Shown: positions 9,432 to 20,933 of the stretch, in pieces
How positions within the stretch are numbered: the stretch's first letter is position 1
Layout: each line of letters opens with the position of its first letter
From: Tubiluchus corallicola
Lineage: Eukaryota > Animalia > Priapulida
Length of the DNA: 64,000 nucleotides
Assembly: GCA_030141605.1 (NCBI GenBank)
Contig: JAQGDQ010002393.1
Location: forward strand, 62,001 to 126,000
Direction of reading: 5' to 3'
Program-made: the position numbers and the translations under genes
Notes under the pieces: generated by a model
What the model saw: only the letters and a program-made list of their open reading frames with translations
What the model was told of the DNA's origin: nothing
Database searches by the model: none

Positions 9432-12275
9432 ATGTTCAAAAATTGGATTTTATATCTCTTTAGCTTGTTCTTTAGCTATGTTGTTGTTGCCCAAGTAGTA
9501 ACAACAGATCCAGATTTTCCTGTGGAAGGAGAACCTGTTACTATTACTTTTGATGCTACGCAGGGAAACCAAGGCTTAAAAGATTATACGGGTGATGTAT
9601 ATGCTCATACTGGGGTTATTACAAATGAGAGTAGTTCTGGTTCGGATTGGAAGTATGTAATAGGTGACTGGGGCGAAAACGATAAGCAACCTAAACTTAC
9701 CCGTTTGAATAGTAACCTCTACGAATTAGAGATTAGCCCTTCTATACTTGATTTTTATGGTGTGCCTATTGGTGAAACAATAGGGCAATTGGCTTTTGTA
9801 TTTAGAAGCGATGACGGCAATAAAGAGGGGAAAGATGTAGGTGGTAAAGACATATTTTTAACAGTATATGAAAAAGATATTAGCTTGAAGATAGAAAAGC
9901 CTGTATCTTCCTCAATTTTTGTAGATAATGATGAAGAGATTGAAATAGAGGCTGTTGCTAGCTTTAATGATAGTATAAAATTATACATAGACAACTTGCT
10001 TATATATAAAGTAGAAGGCAATAAGCTATCTTATACTTATACGGTGGGAGGTAATGAAACAGGTACTCATAAAGTGAAAATAATTGCAGAAAACAGTGAA
10101 AATGTAGTAGAAGCAAGTTTTACCTATACGGTAAGAGAAGCTTCCAATGTTGCACCTTTGCCCAAAGGGGTAAGAGATGGGATTAATATTGTGGATACAG
10201 CAACTGTAACCTTGGTGTTGCAGGCTCCGTATAAAAATTCTGTATATGTTATTGGCGATTTTTCTGACTGGGAGATTGAAAGCCAGTATCAAATGAATAG
10301 AAGTATAAATAGTACTGATAATCCAGAATTACGTTATTGGATTACACTGACTGACTTAGATAAAAATAAGGAGTATATGTTTCAATATCTTATAGACGAG
10401 GAATTGAGACTGGCAGACCCTTACAGCGGCAAAATTAGCGACCCTTGGAATGATAAATATATTTCTATGGAAAGTTATCCCAACTTGATTGAATATCCAG
10501 AAGGGAAAACGCAAGGTATTGTTTCTGTTTTTTCTACTGATATAAATGGTTATGAATGGAAGGTAACAAACTTTACACCACCAGACCAAGAAAACTTAGT
10601 TATTTACGAACTATTAATAAGAGATTTTACGAACACTAGCGATGGCAGTGAAGGAAATATCAAAAGTGTTACTGAAAAGTTAGATTATTTAGAAGGGTTA
10701 GGGATTAATGCCATAGAACTTATGCCTATTAATGAGTTTGAAGGCAATAACAGTTGGGGTTATAATCCATCTTTTTATTTTGCATTTGACAAGGTTTATG
10801 GTACTCCCAAAGATTTGAAAGAGTTCGTAGACGAATGTCATAAAAGAGGTATTGCCGTTTTTATAGATTTGGTGCTTAATCATTCCTTTAGTCAGTCCCC
10901 ATTTTTGCAGATGTATTTTTTTGATGAGGAAAAAAAGCCTACAGATGAAAATTTGTGGTACAATGAGGAACATAATTTTAAGAATCCAGATCTTCAATGG
11001 GGGTATAGTTTCAACCACGAAAGCCCTTATATGCAGCAGTTAATAGATAGTATCAATGGGTACTGGCTTAGTGAATATAAGGTGGATGGTTTTAGGTTTG
11101 ATTTTACCAAAGGATTTTCAAATACTATATATGATGAGGATTCTTGGGGAAGCGAATATGACGAAAGCAGAGTTAATAACCTAAAAAGAATGTATGATGA
11201 AATAAAAAAAAGAAATTCTGATGCTGTTGTTATCTTAGAACATCTGGCAGGTAATGAAGAAGAAAAAGAGCTTGCTGATTATGGAATGATGCTTTGGGGG
11301 AATATGAATCACAATTATAATGAGGCCACTATGGGCTATAATCAAAATGATCAAAGTAATTTGTCGTGGGGAGCATATACAAGTAGAAACTGGGAAAACC
11401 CCCATCTTGTAACTTATATGGAAAGCCACGATGAGGAGCGACTTATGTATAAAAACTTGGAATATGGAAACAGTAGTGGTCAATATGATATAAAAGATAT
11501 GGATATTGCTTTAAAGCGTATTGCTTTGGCTGCCAACTTTTTCATTCCTATTCCAGGTCCAAAAATGATTTGGCAGTTTGGAGAATTGGGCTATGATATA
11601 AGTATAGATGATCCCGGTCGTGTGGACAGAAAACCTGTAAAATGGGAGTATTTTGAAGAAAAAAACAGAAGACACTTATATGATGTGTACACATCATTAA
11701 TAAAACTTAAACAAGAGTATGAAGTATTTCGCACCGAAGATTTTTCTATGGATGTAAATGACGAGTTAAAAATCATTCATCTCAATCACGATGAAATGAA
11801 TATATGCATATTAGGAAATTTTGGCGTAGAAATGAAACAAATAAACCCAAACTTTCAAACAACAGGTGTATGGTACGAATATTACAGCAATGATAGTATT
11901 AGTATTACAGACACACAGAACCTTTTGCTTCTTCCAGCAGGGGCATATCAATTATATTCTACAAAAAAATTGCCTCGTTACAATATAGATGATAACATAC
12001 CAGAAAAAGAAGATGAGATAGATGAGGACAGTGAGAGTATTATTACTTATCCCAATCCTATAAATAAAAATAGTCTTCTAAGTATTAGAAACGCAAAAGA
12101 AATTAAAGAAATAGACCTTTTAGATAAAGGAGGAAGGTTAATTAAACAATATTATTCTGAGAATAAAGATGAAATAAAAATAAAAATCCCATCATTACCT
12201 TCTGGGATTTATTTTATACAATTGAGAACGAATGACAATAAAAAAGAGAATAGAAAACTAATAATTGTAAATTAA
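9432..12275 (+). CDS. Secreted GH13 alpha-amylase-family enzyme with CBM48-like module and T9SS C-terminal domain
   Basis: VYVIGDF..W, IYELLIRDF, SWGYNP, GFRFDFTKG, ILEH, ESHDE; tail YPNP...LPSGIYFIQL...KLII. Confidence 0.9.
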   Translation: MFKNWILYLFSLFFSYVVVAQVVTTDPDFPVEGEPVTITFDATQGNQGLKDYTGDVYAHTGVITNESSSGSDWKYVIGDWGENDKQPKLTRLNSNLYELEISPSILDFYGVPIGETIGQLAFVFRSDDGNKEGKDVGGKDIFLTVYEKDISLKIEKPVSSSIFVDNDEEIEIEAVASFNDSIKLYIDNLLIYKVEGNKLSYTYTVGGNETGTHKVKIIAENSENVVEASFTYTVREASNVAPLPKGVRDGINIVDTATVTLVLQAPYKNSVYVIGDFSDWEIESQYQMNRSINSTDNPELRYWITLTDLDKNKEYMFQYLIDEELRLADPYSGKISDPWNDKYISMESYPNLIEYPEGKTQGIVSVFSTDINGYEWKVTNFTPPDQENLVIYELLIRDFTNTSDGSEGNIKSVTEKLDYLEGLGINAIELMPINEFEGNNSWGYNPSFYFAFDKVYGTPKDLKEFVDECHKRGIAVFIDLVLNHSFSQSPFLQMYFFDEEKKPTDENLWYNEEHNFKNPDLQWGYSFNHESPYMQQLIDSINGYWLSEYKVDGFRFDFTKGFSNTIYDEDSWGSEYDESRVNNLKRMYDEIKKRNSDAVVILEHLAGNEEEKELADYGMMLWGNMNHNYNEATMGYNQNDQSNLSWGAYTSRNWENPHLVTYMESHDEERLMYKNLEYGNSSGQYDIKDMDIALKRIALAANFFIPIPGPKMIWQFGELGYDISIDDPGRVDRKPVKWEYFEEKNRRHLYDVYTSLIKLKQEYEVFRTEDFSMDVNDELKIIHLNHDEMNICILGNFGVEMKQINPNFQTTGVWYEYYSNDSISITDTQNLLLLPAGAYQLYSTKKLPRYNIDDNIPEKEDEIDEDSESIITYPNPINKNSLLSIRNAKEIKEIDLLDKGGRLIKQYYSENKDEIKIKIPSLPSGIYFIQLRTNDNKKENRKLIIVN

Positions 12276-12303
12276 CAAATAGCTAATGGAAATTTACGTG
12301 TAA

Positions 12304-14727
12304 ATGAGGCAACTAAAAATATTTATTCTATTACTACCATATGCTATAAGCAGTAGTATATATATATATGCAAAGACTCCTTCAAAAGAATATACATCTT
12401 ATACTTTTAATGATACCACGTTAATTATAAAAGCAGAGAAGGGAGAGTACACAATAGAGGCACTTACAAATAATATTATTAGAGTTTCTTATTCTAATGA
12501 TATATTTAATTCTGATGAACGACACAGTGTTGTATTAGCAGAAAAACAAAAAGTTCAACTACAAGAGAAAAAAAATCTTTTGCAGGTTTCTATAAAAGAG
12601 TTAAATGTAGAGATACAAAAAAACCCTATTTCAATATCTATTTTTAAGAATGAAGAAATATTGTTTCAAGAAGAGCAAGGTTTGTTTTTTAGAAAAGATA
12701 CAACAGGTTTTCGTTTTCTGCTCAACCCCAATGAGCAAATATATGGAGGAGGAGCAAGGGCAGTAGGTTCAAACCTGAAAAACCGTCATCTGAATTTATA
12801 TGGTAAGCCCAATTATGGTTATGGAATAGATGCAGAAAACTTAAACTATTCTATTCCTTTGCTTTTATCTTCTCGAAAATATATGGTACTTGTAGATAAC
12901 CCTGCAAAAGCCTATTTTAACATAGGGAAAAAAGAAAGCAACATATTAGAGTTTGGCACTACTGAAATATCAAATCTCACCTACTACATTATATTAGGAG
13001 AAAATTATTACGATATATTAGAAGCATACACACAACTAACAGGCCGTCAGCCCCTCCCTCCACGATGGGCATTAGGCAACCTACAATCAAGGTTTGGTTA
13101 CCAAACACAACAAGAGGTAGATAGCATTGTTACCCTAATGCAAGCAGAAGGTTTTCCTTTGGACGCTATTATCTTAGACCTGTATTGGTTTAGTGAAGAG
13201 ATGCAAAATGGTTATATGGGCAATTTAGATTGGGATAGAAAAAATTGGAATGACCCTGAAAAAATGATTGAAAACTTTAAGAACAAAGGAGTAAAAACCA
13301 TATTAGTAACCGAACCCTTTTTTACTCAAAAATCTAAGAACTTTGACTATCTATCTTCAAATCATTTATTAGCAAAATACCAAAATGGAGAAACCTATGT
13401 GATGGATTATTTTTATTTTGGCTCTGCAGGCTTAATCGATATATTCCAAGCTGATGCAAGAGATTGGTTTGGCGAGCAATACAACAAGCAGATACAGAAA
13501 GGAGTGGCTGGTTGGTGGGGAGACCTTGGTGAACCAGAAGTGCATCCAGAAGATATGTTGCACATAAATGGAACAGCCAACCAACTACACGGTGTATACG
13601 GTCATATGTGGTCAAAAATGTTATACGACAACTATACTAACAGTTATCCCAATGTGCGACTGTTTAATCTTCAAAGGGCAGGATTTGCAGGCACTCAAAA
13701 GTATTCTGTTTTTCCTTGGTCAGGAGATGTAGGGAGAACTTGGGAAGGTTTAGAAGCCCAAATTCCTGTGATGTTGCATTCTAGTATATCAGGAATGGCT
13801 TATATGCATTCGGATGCAGGAGGTTTTGCAGGAGGTCAAAAAGATTCAATACTATACACACGCTGGATGCAATTTGCCATTTTTACTCCTATATTTAGAC
13901 CTCATAGTGATCCTAATGCCCCCCCTGAGCCTGTTTTCTACGACAAAGAAACAAAACAAATAATAAAAAGTTTTATAGAGTTACGTTATCGGCTAATGCC
14001 CTATAACTATACATTGGCTTGGGAAAACACAACCAAAGGGAAACCTCTTGCAATACCTCTGTTTTTTGAACATCCTGATGACAAGAATGTTTCAAATGTT
14101 TATGATACCTACTATTGGGGTGAAAACTTTCTCGTATCTCCAGTTTTGAAAAACCAACAAGAGGCAAAAAAGATATATTTGCCAGAGGGGCAGTGGTATG
14201 ATTTTTGGACAGATAAGACATATAAAGGGCAACAATATATAGACAAAAAATTAGAGTTAGCAACTATTCCTATATTTATAAAAGCGGGGAGCATTATTCC
14301 TATGGTAGATAATTATACTACAACAGACAATTATACTACAGAAAAACTTGCTGTTCACTACTATCCTAGTACAGAAAAAACAATTTATACAATGTATAAT
14401 GATGACGGGGAAACCAAAGGTGCAGTAGAAAAAGGACTTTACGAATTATTAAATTTTACAGCTCAAGAAACAAAAAAAGACATAATCATAGAAGTAAATA
14501 GAAAAGAAGAAAAAGAATATAAAGGAAAACCCAAAGAACGTACTATAAAGTTAGAACTTCACAACATAAGGAAAACTCCAAATGAAATACGGATAGATAA
14601 AGTAGAAGTAATAACAAAAGAAGACATTGCAAATAAAAAGAAGCAGGTACAATGGCTTAAAGATGAAAAAAAGCTAATTGTTTCATTTGTCCACACAACA
14701 GATTCAAAAATAATAATTCAAAAATAA
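12304..14727 (+). CDS. GH31 alpha-glucosidase
   Basis: LTGRQPLPPRWALG, SRFGY, WWGDLGEP, WSGDV, SDAGGF, RWMQF. Confidence 0.92.
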   Translation: MRQLKIFILLLPYAISSSIYIYAKTPSKEYTSYTFNDTTLIIKAEKGEYTIEALTNNIIRVSYSNDIFNSDERHSVVLAEKQKVQLQEKKNLLQVSIKELNVEIQKNPISISIFKNEEILFQEEQGLFFRKDTTGFRFLLNPNEQIYGGGARAVGSNLKNRHLNLYGKPNYGYGIDAENLNYSIPLLLSSRKYMVLVDNPAKAYFNIGKKESNILEFGTTEISNLTYYIILGENYYDILEAYTQLTGRQPLPPRWALGNLQSRFGYQTQQEVDSIVTLMQAEGFPLDAIILDLYWFSEEMQNGYMGNLDWDRKNWNDPEKMIENFKNKGVKTILVTEPFFTQKSKNFDYLSSNHLLAKYQNGETYVMDYFYFGSAGLIDIFQADARDWFGEQYNKQIQKGVAGWWGDLGEPEVHPEDMLHINGTANQLHGVYGHMWSKMLYDNYTNSYPNVRLFNLQRAGFAGTQKYSVFPWSGDVGRTWEGLEAQIPVMLHSSISGMAYMHSDAGGFAGGQKDSILYTRWMQFAIFTPIFRPHSDPNAPPEPVFYDKETKQIIKSFIELRYRLMPYNYTLAWENTTKGKPLAIPLFFEHPDDKNVSNVYDTYYWGENFLVSPVLKNQQEAKKIYLPEGQWYDFWTDKTYKGQQYIDKKLELATIPIFIKAGSIIPMVDNYTTTDNYTTEKLAVHYYPSTEKTIYTMYNDDGETKGAVEKGLYELLNFTAQETKKDIIIEVNRKEEKEYKGKPKERTIKLELHNIRKTPNEIRIDKVEVITKEDIANKKKQVQWLKDEKKLIVSFVHTTDSKIIIQK

Positions 14728-14757
14728 TATTTACTAATTTATTTATAAAAACAATCA

Positions 14758-16122
14758 ATGATGAAGAAATTTAATCAATTATTTTTCAGTATTCTTTTTT
14801 CTATTAGTTTGGTTCTTGTCTCTTGCGACTGCAAGCAGCCAAAAACCGAAGAGGACCCTTTGGCGTGGTACAATGATGCAGTCATATACGAGGTAAACCT
14901 AAGGCAATATACCCCAGAGGGAACATTAAAGGCTTTTCAAGAGCACCTGCCCCGACTTAAAAAACTTGGGGTTGAGATACTTTGGTTTATGCCCATACAA
15001 CCTATAAGCGAAGAAAATAGAAAAGGTACACTTGGAAGTTATTATGCTGTTAAAGATTATAAAGCAGTAAATTCTGAATTCGGCACTTTGGAAGATTTTA
15101 AAGAATTAGTGAACATAGCTCATAAAAATGGTATGAAGGTAATACTCGATTGGGTTGCCAATCACTCGGGCTGGGACAACATATGGGTAACTTCCCACCC
15201 TGATTTTTATACCAAAGATAGCGAAGGTAATAGCCCTATTGTGCCTTTTGATACTGACTGGGACGATACTGCAGAATTGAACTATGAAAATGAGAAGATG
15301 CAAGAAGCAATGATAGATGCTTTAAAATTCTGGGTTGCGGAGGTAGATATAGATGGTTACCGTTGCGATGTAGCAGGTAGAGTGCCTACTCCCTTTTGGG
15401 ACAAAGCATTCAAAGAGTTAAAAAAGATTAAACCTTCTTTGTTTCTCCTTGCAGAGGATGAGGCTAAGGACAACGGACTTGATACTGTATTTGATGCAAG
15501 CTATGGTTGGCACTTTCACCATATTACAAAAGAAGTACACAACGATGAAAAAGATATAAAAGAGATTAATGATTATATAACAGAACTATTAAAAACAAAT
15601 CCTGCCAATCACAGTAAAATGATGTTTACCACCAACCACGATGAAAATTCGTGGAGTGGAACAGTTTTTGACCGATATGGCGATGCACACAAAGCCTATG
15701 CAGTACTGATGTTTACTATCAACGGATTGCCGCTTATATATTCTGGACAAGAAGTAGGGTTAAACAAAAAATTAGAGTTCTTTGAAAAAGATGAAATTGA
15801 TTGGGAAGATGAAAACAACCTACACGATTTTTACACTCAACTTACATCTTTGAAAAAAGAAAATAAAGCCTTGTGGAACGCCAACTATGGAGGAGGATAT
15901 GAGCAGCTAAATATTACGACAAAAGCCCCCAAAGTATTAGCCTTCAAAAGAGAAAAAGAAGACAATGAAGTAATAGTAATAATAAACCTTGGAAAAGAAA
16001 AAGCAAAAGTAAATCTTGATGGAATAGAGGGTAACTATACAGAATATTTCACCAAACAACAACAAAATGTAAGTCAACCCATACAATTAGAAGAATATGA
16101 TTATGTAGTTTTAACAAAATAA
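14758..16122 (+). CDS. GH13 alpha-amylase-family lipoprotein
   Basis: Lipobox LVSC, IYEVNLRQYT, DWVANH, GYRCDVAG, LAE, NHDEN. Confidence 0.92.
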   Translation: MMKKFNQLFFSILFSISLVLVSCDCKQPKTEEDPLAWYNDAVIYEVNLRQYTPEGTLKAFQEHLPRLKKLGVEILWFMPIQPISEENRKGTLGSYYAVKDYKAVNSEFGTLEDFKELVNIAHKNGMKVILDWVANHSGWDNIWVTSHPDFYTKDSEGNSPIVPFDTDWDDTAELNYENEKMQEAMIDALKFWVAEVDIDGYRCDVAGRVPTPFWDKAFKELKKIKPSLFLLAEDEAKDNGLDTVFDASYGWHFHHITKEVHNDEKDIKEINDYITELLKTNPANHSKMMFTTNHDENSWSGTVFDRYGDAHKAYAVLMFTINGLPLIYSGQEVGLNKKLEFFEKDEIDWEDENNLHDFYTQLTSLKKENKALWNANYGGGYEQLNITTKAPKVLAFKREKEDNEVIVIINLGKEKAKVNLDGIEGNYTEYFTKQQQNVSQPIQLEEYDYVVLTK

Positions 16123-16301
16123 AAAAACAACTATATCATTGGCAACACATTAGCAATTGGCAGCAAGCAAGGAATTATATCTATAAAAGTGGGTGCTTTT
16201 GCGATAATAAAATTCGGAAATAAACAATACTGTCTGTGCTGTTCTTACCCAATTGTCAATTATTATTTTGTTTTTCTAAGTTCAATATTTAATAAATAAC
16301 A

Positions 16302-17810
16302 ATGAGAAAGAAACCTCAATTATCGTTTTGGCAAATTTGGAATATGAGTTTTGGATTTCTTGGAATCCAATTTGGCTTTGCCTTGCAAAATGCTAACGTA
16401 AGCAGAATATTTGAAACACTTGGAGCTAATGTAGAAGATATTCCCATACTATGGATAGCTGCACCTGTTACAGGGCTTTTGATTCAGCCTATTATTGGTT
16501 ATCTAAGTGATAAAACTTGGAATAGGCTTGGCCGAAGAAGACCTTTTTTTCTTGTAGGGGCAATATTAGCAACTATCTCTCTTTTTGTGATGCCTAATTC
16601 TCCTGTGCTGTGGGTAGCAGCAGGAATGTTGTGGATAATGGATGCGTCTATTAATATATCTATGGAGCCATTTAGAGCCTTTGTGGGCGATATGTTATCT
16701 GAAAAACAAAGAACCTTAGGGTTTGCAATGCAAAGTTTTTTCATTGGCATTGGGGCAGTAGTAGCATCAGCGTTGCCTTATATTTTTACCAATTGGCTAG
16801 GTATATCTAATATAGCAACAGGAGACACTCTTATACCCCCATCCGTTAAATTTTCATTTTACATAGGGGGAGCTGTGTTTTTATTAGCAGTTTTATGGAC
16901 AATTATCTCCACCAAAGAATACTCTCCCGAAGAGTTAGAAGAATTTGAGAAAGCTGAAAATAATAATGATAACAAAGCAAGAAATACAGCAATTAGTCAA
17001 AACAAAATAGCCCACACCAGTTTTTTTAAGAGAGGAGGTATCTGGTTTTCTATAGGTGTATTGCTCAATTTTATTGTATATTATCTGTCATTAGAGAAAG
17101 AACTATATGTACTAAGTGGAGGTGTTACCTTTTTTGGTGCAATACTTCTAATTTGCGGTTTAATGACTAAAAAGGGAAAGAGCGACAATGGTTTGTTAGA
17201 GATAATAACAGACTTGTTACAAATGCCCAAAACAATGATTCAATTGTCTGTTGTTCAGTTTTTTTCTTGGCTAGCCCTATTCTCAATGTGGATTTATACA
17301 ACCAACGCCGTTACTACCCATATTTACCATGCTTCTGACACATCGTCAGCCTTGTATAATGATGGTGCTGACTGGGTAGGAGTTTTATTTGGAATATACA
17401 ATGGGTTTGCCGCAGTGGTAGCTTTCTTACTTCCTCAGCTTGCAAAACTTACTAATAAAAGAGTAACCCATTCTATTGCTCTCGTTTGTGGAGGTGTAGG
17501 CTTAGCATCCATTTATTTTATACAGTCGCCTCAAATTTTAATAATATCTATGCTGGGAATAGGCGTTGCTTGGGCAAGTATTCTTTCTATGCCATATTCT
17601 ATACTTTCGAATGTATTGCCATCTAATAAGATGGGAATCTATATGGGAATCTTTAACTTTTTTATTGTAATACCACAAATATTGGCTGCTACAATTTTAG
17701 GATTTATCACCAAGAATTTGTTTGGTGGGCAAGCTGTATTTACTCTTATGTTAGGTGGTGGAACTATGTTAATAGCATCAATTGTTGTTTTGTTTGTTGA
17801 TGAAAAATAA
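16302..17810 (+). CDS. MFS maltose/maltodextrin transporter (SLC45-like)
   Basis: LSFWQIWNMSFGFLGIQFGFALQ, GRRRPF, MGIYMGIFNFFIVIPQ; multiple TM helices. Confidence 0.9.
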   Translation: MRKKPQLSFWQIWNMSFGFLGIQFGFALQNANVSRIFETLGANVEDIPILWIAAPVTGLLIQPIIGYLSDKTWNRLGRRRPFFLVGAILATISLFVMPNSPVLWVAAGMLWIMDASINISMEPFRAFVGDMLSEKQRTLGFAMQSFFIGIGAVVASALPYIFTNWLGISNIATGDTLIPPSVKFSFYIGGAVFLLAVLWTIISTKEYSPEELEEFEKAENNNDNKARNTAISQNKIAHTSFFKRGGIWFSIGVLLNFIVYYLSLEKELYVLSGGVTFFGAILLICGLMTKKGKSDNGLLEIITDLLQMPKTMIQLSVVQFFSWLALFSMWIYTTNAVTTHIYHASDTSSALYNDGADWVGVLFGIYNGFAAVVAFLLPQLAKLTNKRVTHSIALVCGGVGLASIYFIQSPQILIISMLGIGVAWASILSMPYSILSNVLPSNKMGIYMGIFNFFIVIPQILAATILGFITKNLFGGQAVFTLMLGGGTMLIASIVVLFVDEK

Positions 17811-17873
17811 ATTCTTTTAAATTTATCTATTTTCGCATCAAATTTAGTTATGGATATTTAACAGATATTATAA

Positions 17874-18533
17874 ATGAAAAAAATAGAATGTTGTATTTTT
17901 GATTTGGATGGAGTTATTATAGACACGGCAAAATTCCATTTCTTATCTTGGAAAAAATTAACCAAACAACTTAACATCGATTTTACAGAAAAGGACAATG
18001 AAAGGCTAAAAGGTGTTTCAAGGACGAGGTCATTAGAAATTATATTAGAAATAGGAAATAAAAGCCTTGATGAAAAAACAAAAGCAAATCTGGCAGAAAA
18101 GAAAAACAAATGGTATCTAGAATATATTACTCAACTAACCCCTAGAGATGTTCTTCCTAGGGTCAAAGAATTTATGACGGAACTAAAAGAGAATGATGTG
18201 AAAATTGCTCTTGGCTCTGCCAGTAAAAACGCTAAGTTGGTATTAGAGAAAATAAAGTTGAGTGATTATTTTGACGCTATCGTAGATGGCAACCGTGTTA
18301 AAAACCCAAAACCCAATCCAGAAGTTTTTACAAAAGGGGCAGATGAGCTCACTATTCCTTATGAAAACTGCATAGTATTTGAGGATGCACAAGCAGGCAT
18401 TAAAGCAGCTCTTAATGCAGGAATGAAAGTAGTAGGAGTAGGGAAGGAGGAAAGTTTAGAACAAGCTGATTATATTATAGATGGGTTTAAAAATATATGT
18501 TTTAAAACTTTACAAACTGTATTTGTGAAATAA
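17874..18533 (+). CDS. pgmB: beta-phosphoglucomutase
   Basis: HAD DLDGVI, NERLKGVSR, GSASKN, KPNPEVF, FEDAQAG; directly upstream of GH65. Confidence 0.95.
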   Translation: MKKIECCIFDLDGVIIDTAKFHFLSWKKLTKQLNIDFTEKDNERLKGVSRTRSLEIILEIGNKSLDEKTKANLAEKKNKWYLEYITQLTPRDVLPRVKEFMTELKENDVKIALGSASKNAKLVLEKIKLSDYFDAIVDGNRVKNPKPNPEVFTKGADELTIPYENCIVFEDAQAGIKAALNAGMKVVGVGKEESLEQADYIIDGFKNICFKTLQTVFVK

Positions 18534-18546
18534 AGAAGTTTGCACA

Positions 18547-20856
18547 ATGAATAATAAGTATCTACAAATAAGCGAATGGAAGATAATAGAAAAAGATTTT
18601 AATCCCAAAAACAATAGAGCGTCAGAAAGCCTATTTAGTATAGGCAATGGCAAAATGGGACAGAGAGCCAATTTTGAGGAGTATTATAGTGGAGATACGC
18701 TACAAGGGAATTACATTGCAGGGATATACTACCCGGATAAAACCCGAGTAGGATGGTGGAAAAATGGCTATCCCGAATATTTTGCTAAGGTTTTGAACTC
18801 TTTCAACTGGATAGGAATAGATGTGAAAATAGAGGGAGAACTGTTAGACCTTGCAAAATGCAAGGTATCTGATTTTTGCAGGGTGTTAGATATGAAGGAA
18901 GGATATTTGCAGCGTAGTTTTACAATTGAGACAAACACAGGCAAAAAACTTAAAATCGAAGCTCAAAGGTTTCTAAGTATGAAAGATGATGAAATAGGGG
19001 CTGTAAAATATACTATAATACCCCTGAATTTCACAGCCAAAGCAGAAGTAACTCTCTACTTAGATATAGATGTAATGAATGAAGATTCTAATTATGGCGA
19101 AAAATTTTGGGAAGAAATAAATAAAAACAACAACGATAGAGAAGCATTTATTACTGCGAGAACGAAAAAAACAGAGTTTTACGCTACTGCTGCTATGGGT
19201 TTTGAAATAACTCAAAATAGTAGTCCAATACAAAAACAAACCCAAAAAACAGAAAGAGAAAAATATATTGCCCAAACAGTTGAAATAGATTTAAAAATAG
19301 AGGAAGAAACTACTGTTTATAAATACGTATCTATAATATCATCATTATACTATTCGCAAACCGAACTATCTGCCAAAGCCATTGAAAATGTAAAAAAAGC
19401 ACAAGAAAAATCGTATAATGCTCTTTTGCAAGAGCATACTCAAATATGGGCAGAAATATGGCAAAAAAGTGATATAACTATTGAAGGAGATACCTCGGCA
19501 CAACAGGCTATAAGATTCAATATATTCCAACTCAATCAAACCTATACAGGTAAGGACCCACGACTTAATATAGGTCCTAAGGGTTTTACTGGTGAGAAGT
19601 ATGGCGGCAGTACCTACTGGGATACTGAGGCATATTGTTTGCCGTTTTACCTTAACACTGCGGATATTTCAGTTGCTAGAAACTTATTGCTTTATCGCTA
19701 CAAGCATCTTGAAAAAGCCATTGAAAATGGAAAGAAATTAGGGTTTTACAATGGAGCTGCTTTATATCCAATGGTTACAATGAACGGAGAGGAGTGCCAT
19801 AATGAATGGGAGATAACTTTTGAAGAAATACATCGCAATGGTGCTATTGCTTATGCTATATACAATTATGTAAATCATACAGGCGATAAGGATTATCTTA
19901 CAGATTATGGATTGGAGGTTCTTATAGCCATTTCAAGGTTTTGGAAACAACGGATAACTTTCTCGCAAGCAAAGAATAAATATGTAATGCTTGGAGTAAC
20001 AGGTCCCAATGAGTATGAGAATAACGTAGATAATAATTGGTATACCAATACTATCGCTATATGGACAATGCAGTACACTCTGCAAGTGGTAAAGCAAGTA
20101 AAAGAAAAAGCCTTAGAAAAATACAAGCACTTAGAACAGAAACTAAATTTTAAGGAACAAGAAGAAACCACACATTGGCAAGACATTATAGACAATATGT
20201 ACTACCCGTATGACGAGAAAAATAAAATATTTCTTCAACAGGACGGTTTCGAAAACAAAGAACAAATAACAATAAAAGATTTAGACCCTAAGCAGTGTCC
20301 CATCAATCAACATTGGTCTTGGGACAGAATCTTGCGTTCTCCCTTTATAAAACAAGCAGATGTTCTACAAGGTATTTACTTTTTTGAGGATAGGTTTGAT
20401 ATTGAGACTATTGAACGTCATTTTGATTTTTATGAGCCTTTTACCGTTCACGAATCTTCCTTATCTCCTTGCATACACTCGATATTAGCCTCTAAGATAG
20501 GCAATATAGATAAAGCCTATGAGCTTTATCTACGAACGGCAAGGTTGGATTTAGACGATTATAACAACGAAGTAGCAGAAGGATGTCATACTACAAGTAT
20601 GGCAGGAACGTGGCTTTCCATTGTTGAAGGTTTTGCTGGTTTAAGAGTTAGAAACAATATCTTAAAACTAAATCCTCAAATACCCAAGCAATGGAAAAGC
20701 TATTCTTTTAATATTATTTTTAGAAATGTTAATTTCACAATAAAAGTGGAGCAAGGAAAGGTGCAAGTATTAAAAGATACAAACGAAGCTGTAACTATAA
20801 TGATTTTTGAGAAAGAATTTATAGTAGAAAAGAAATTGGAGATAGATTGCGAATAA
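18547..20856 (+). CDS. GH65 maltose phosphorylase
   Basis: ESLFSIGNG, NIGPKGFTGEKYGGSTYWDTE, GVTGPNEYE, IKQADV, VHESSLS. Confidence 0.93.
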   Translation: MNNKYLQISEWKIIEKDFNPKNNRASESLFSIGNGKMGQRANFEEYYSGDTLQGNYIAGIYYPDKTRVGWWKNGYPEYFAKVLNSFNWIGIDVKIEGELLDLAKCKVSDFCRVLDMKEGYLQRSFTIETNTGKKLKIEAQRFLSMKDDEIGAVKYTIIPLNFTAKAEVTLYLDIDVMNEDSNYGEKFWEEINKNNNDREAFITARTKKTEFYATAAMGFEITQNSSPIQKQTQKTEREKYIAQTVEIDLKIEEETTVYKYVSIISSLYYSQTELSAKAIENVKKAQEKSYNALLQEHTQIWAEIWQKSDITIEGDTSAQQAIRFNIFQLNQTYTGKDPRLNIGPKGFTGEKYGGSTYWDTEAYCLPFYLNTADISVARNLLLYRYKHLEKAIENGKKLGFYNGAALYPMVTMNGEECHNEWEITFEEIHRNGAIAYAIYNYVNHTGDKDYLTDYGLEVLIAISRFWKQRITFSQAKNKYVMLGVTGPNEYENNVDNNWYTNTIAIWTMQYTLQVVKQVKEKALEKYKHLEQKLNFKEQEETTHWQDIIDNMYYPYDEKNKIFLQQDGFENKEQITIKDLDPKQCPINQHWSWDRILRSPFIKQADVLQGIYFFEDRFDIETIERHFDFYEPFTVHESSLSPCIHSILASKIGNIDKAYELYLRTARLDLDDYNNEVAEGCHTTSMAGTWLSIVEGFAGLRVRNNILKLNPQIPKQWKSYSFNIIFRNVNFTIKVEQGKVQVLKDTNEAVTIMIFEKEFIVEKKLEIDCE

Positions 20857-20933
20857 GTTGCAGTTTCAGCAATGTTAGGTTTTGTCATAAAAAAACAAAA
20901 AAGGATACTCATCTTTTGCTAAATTTCACTATG

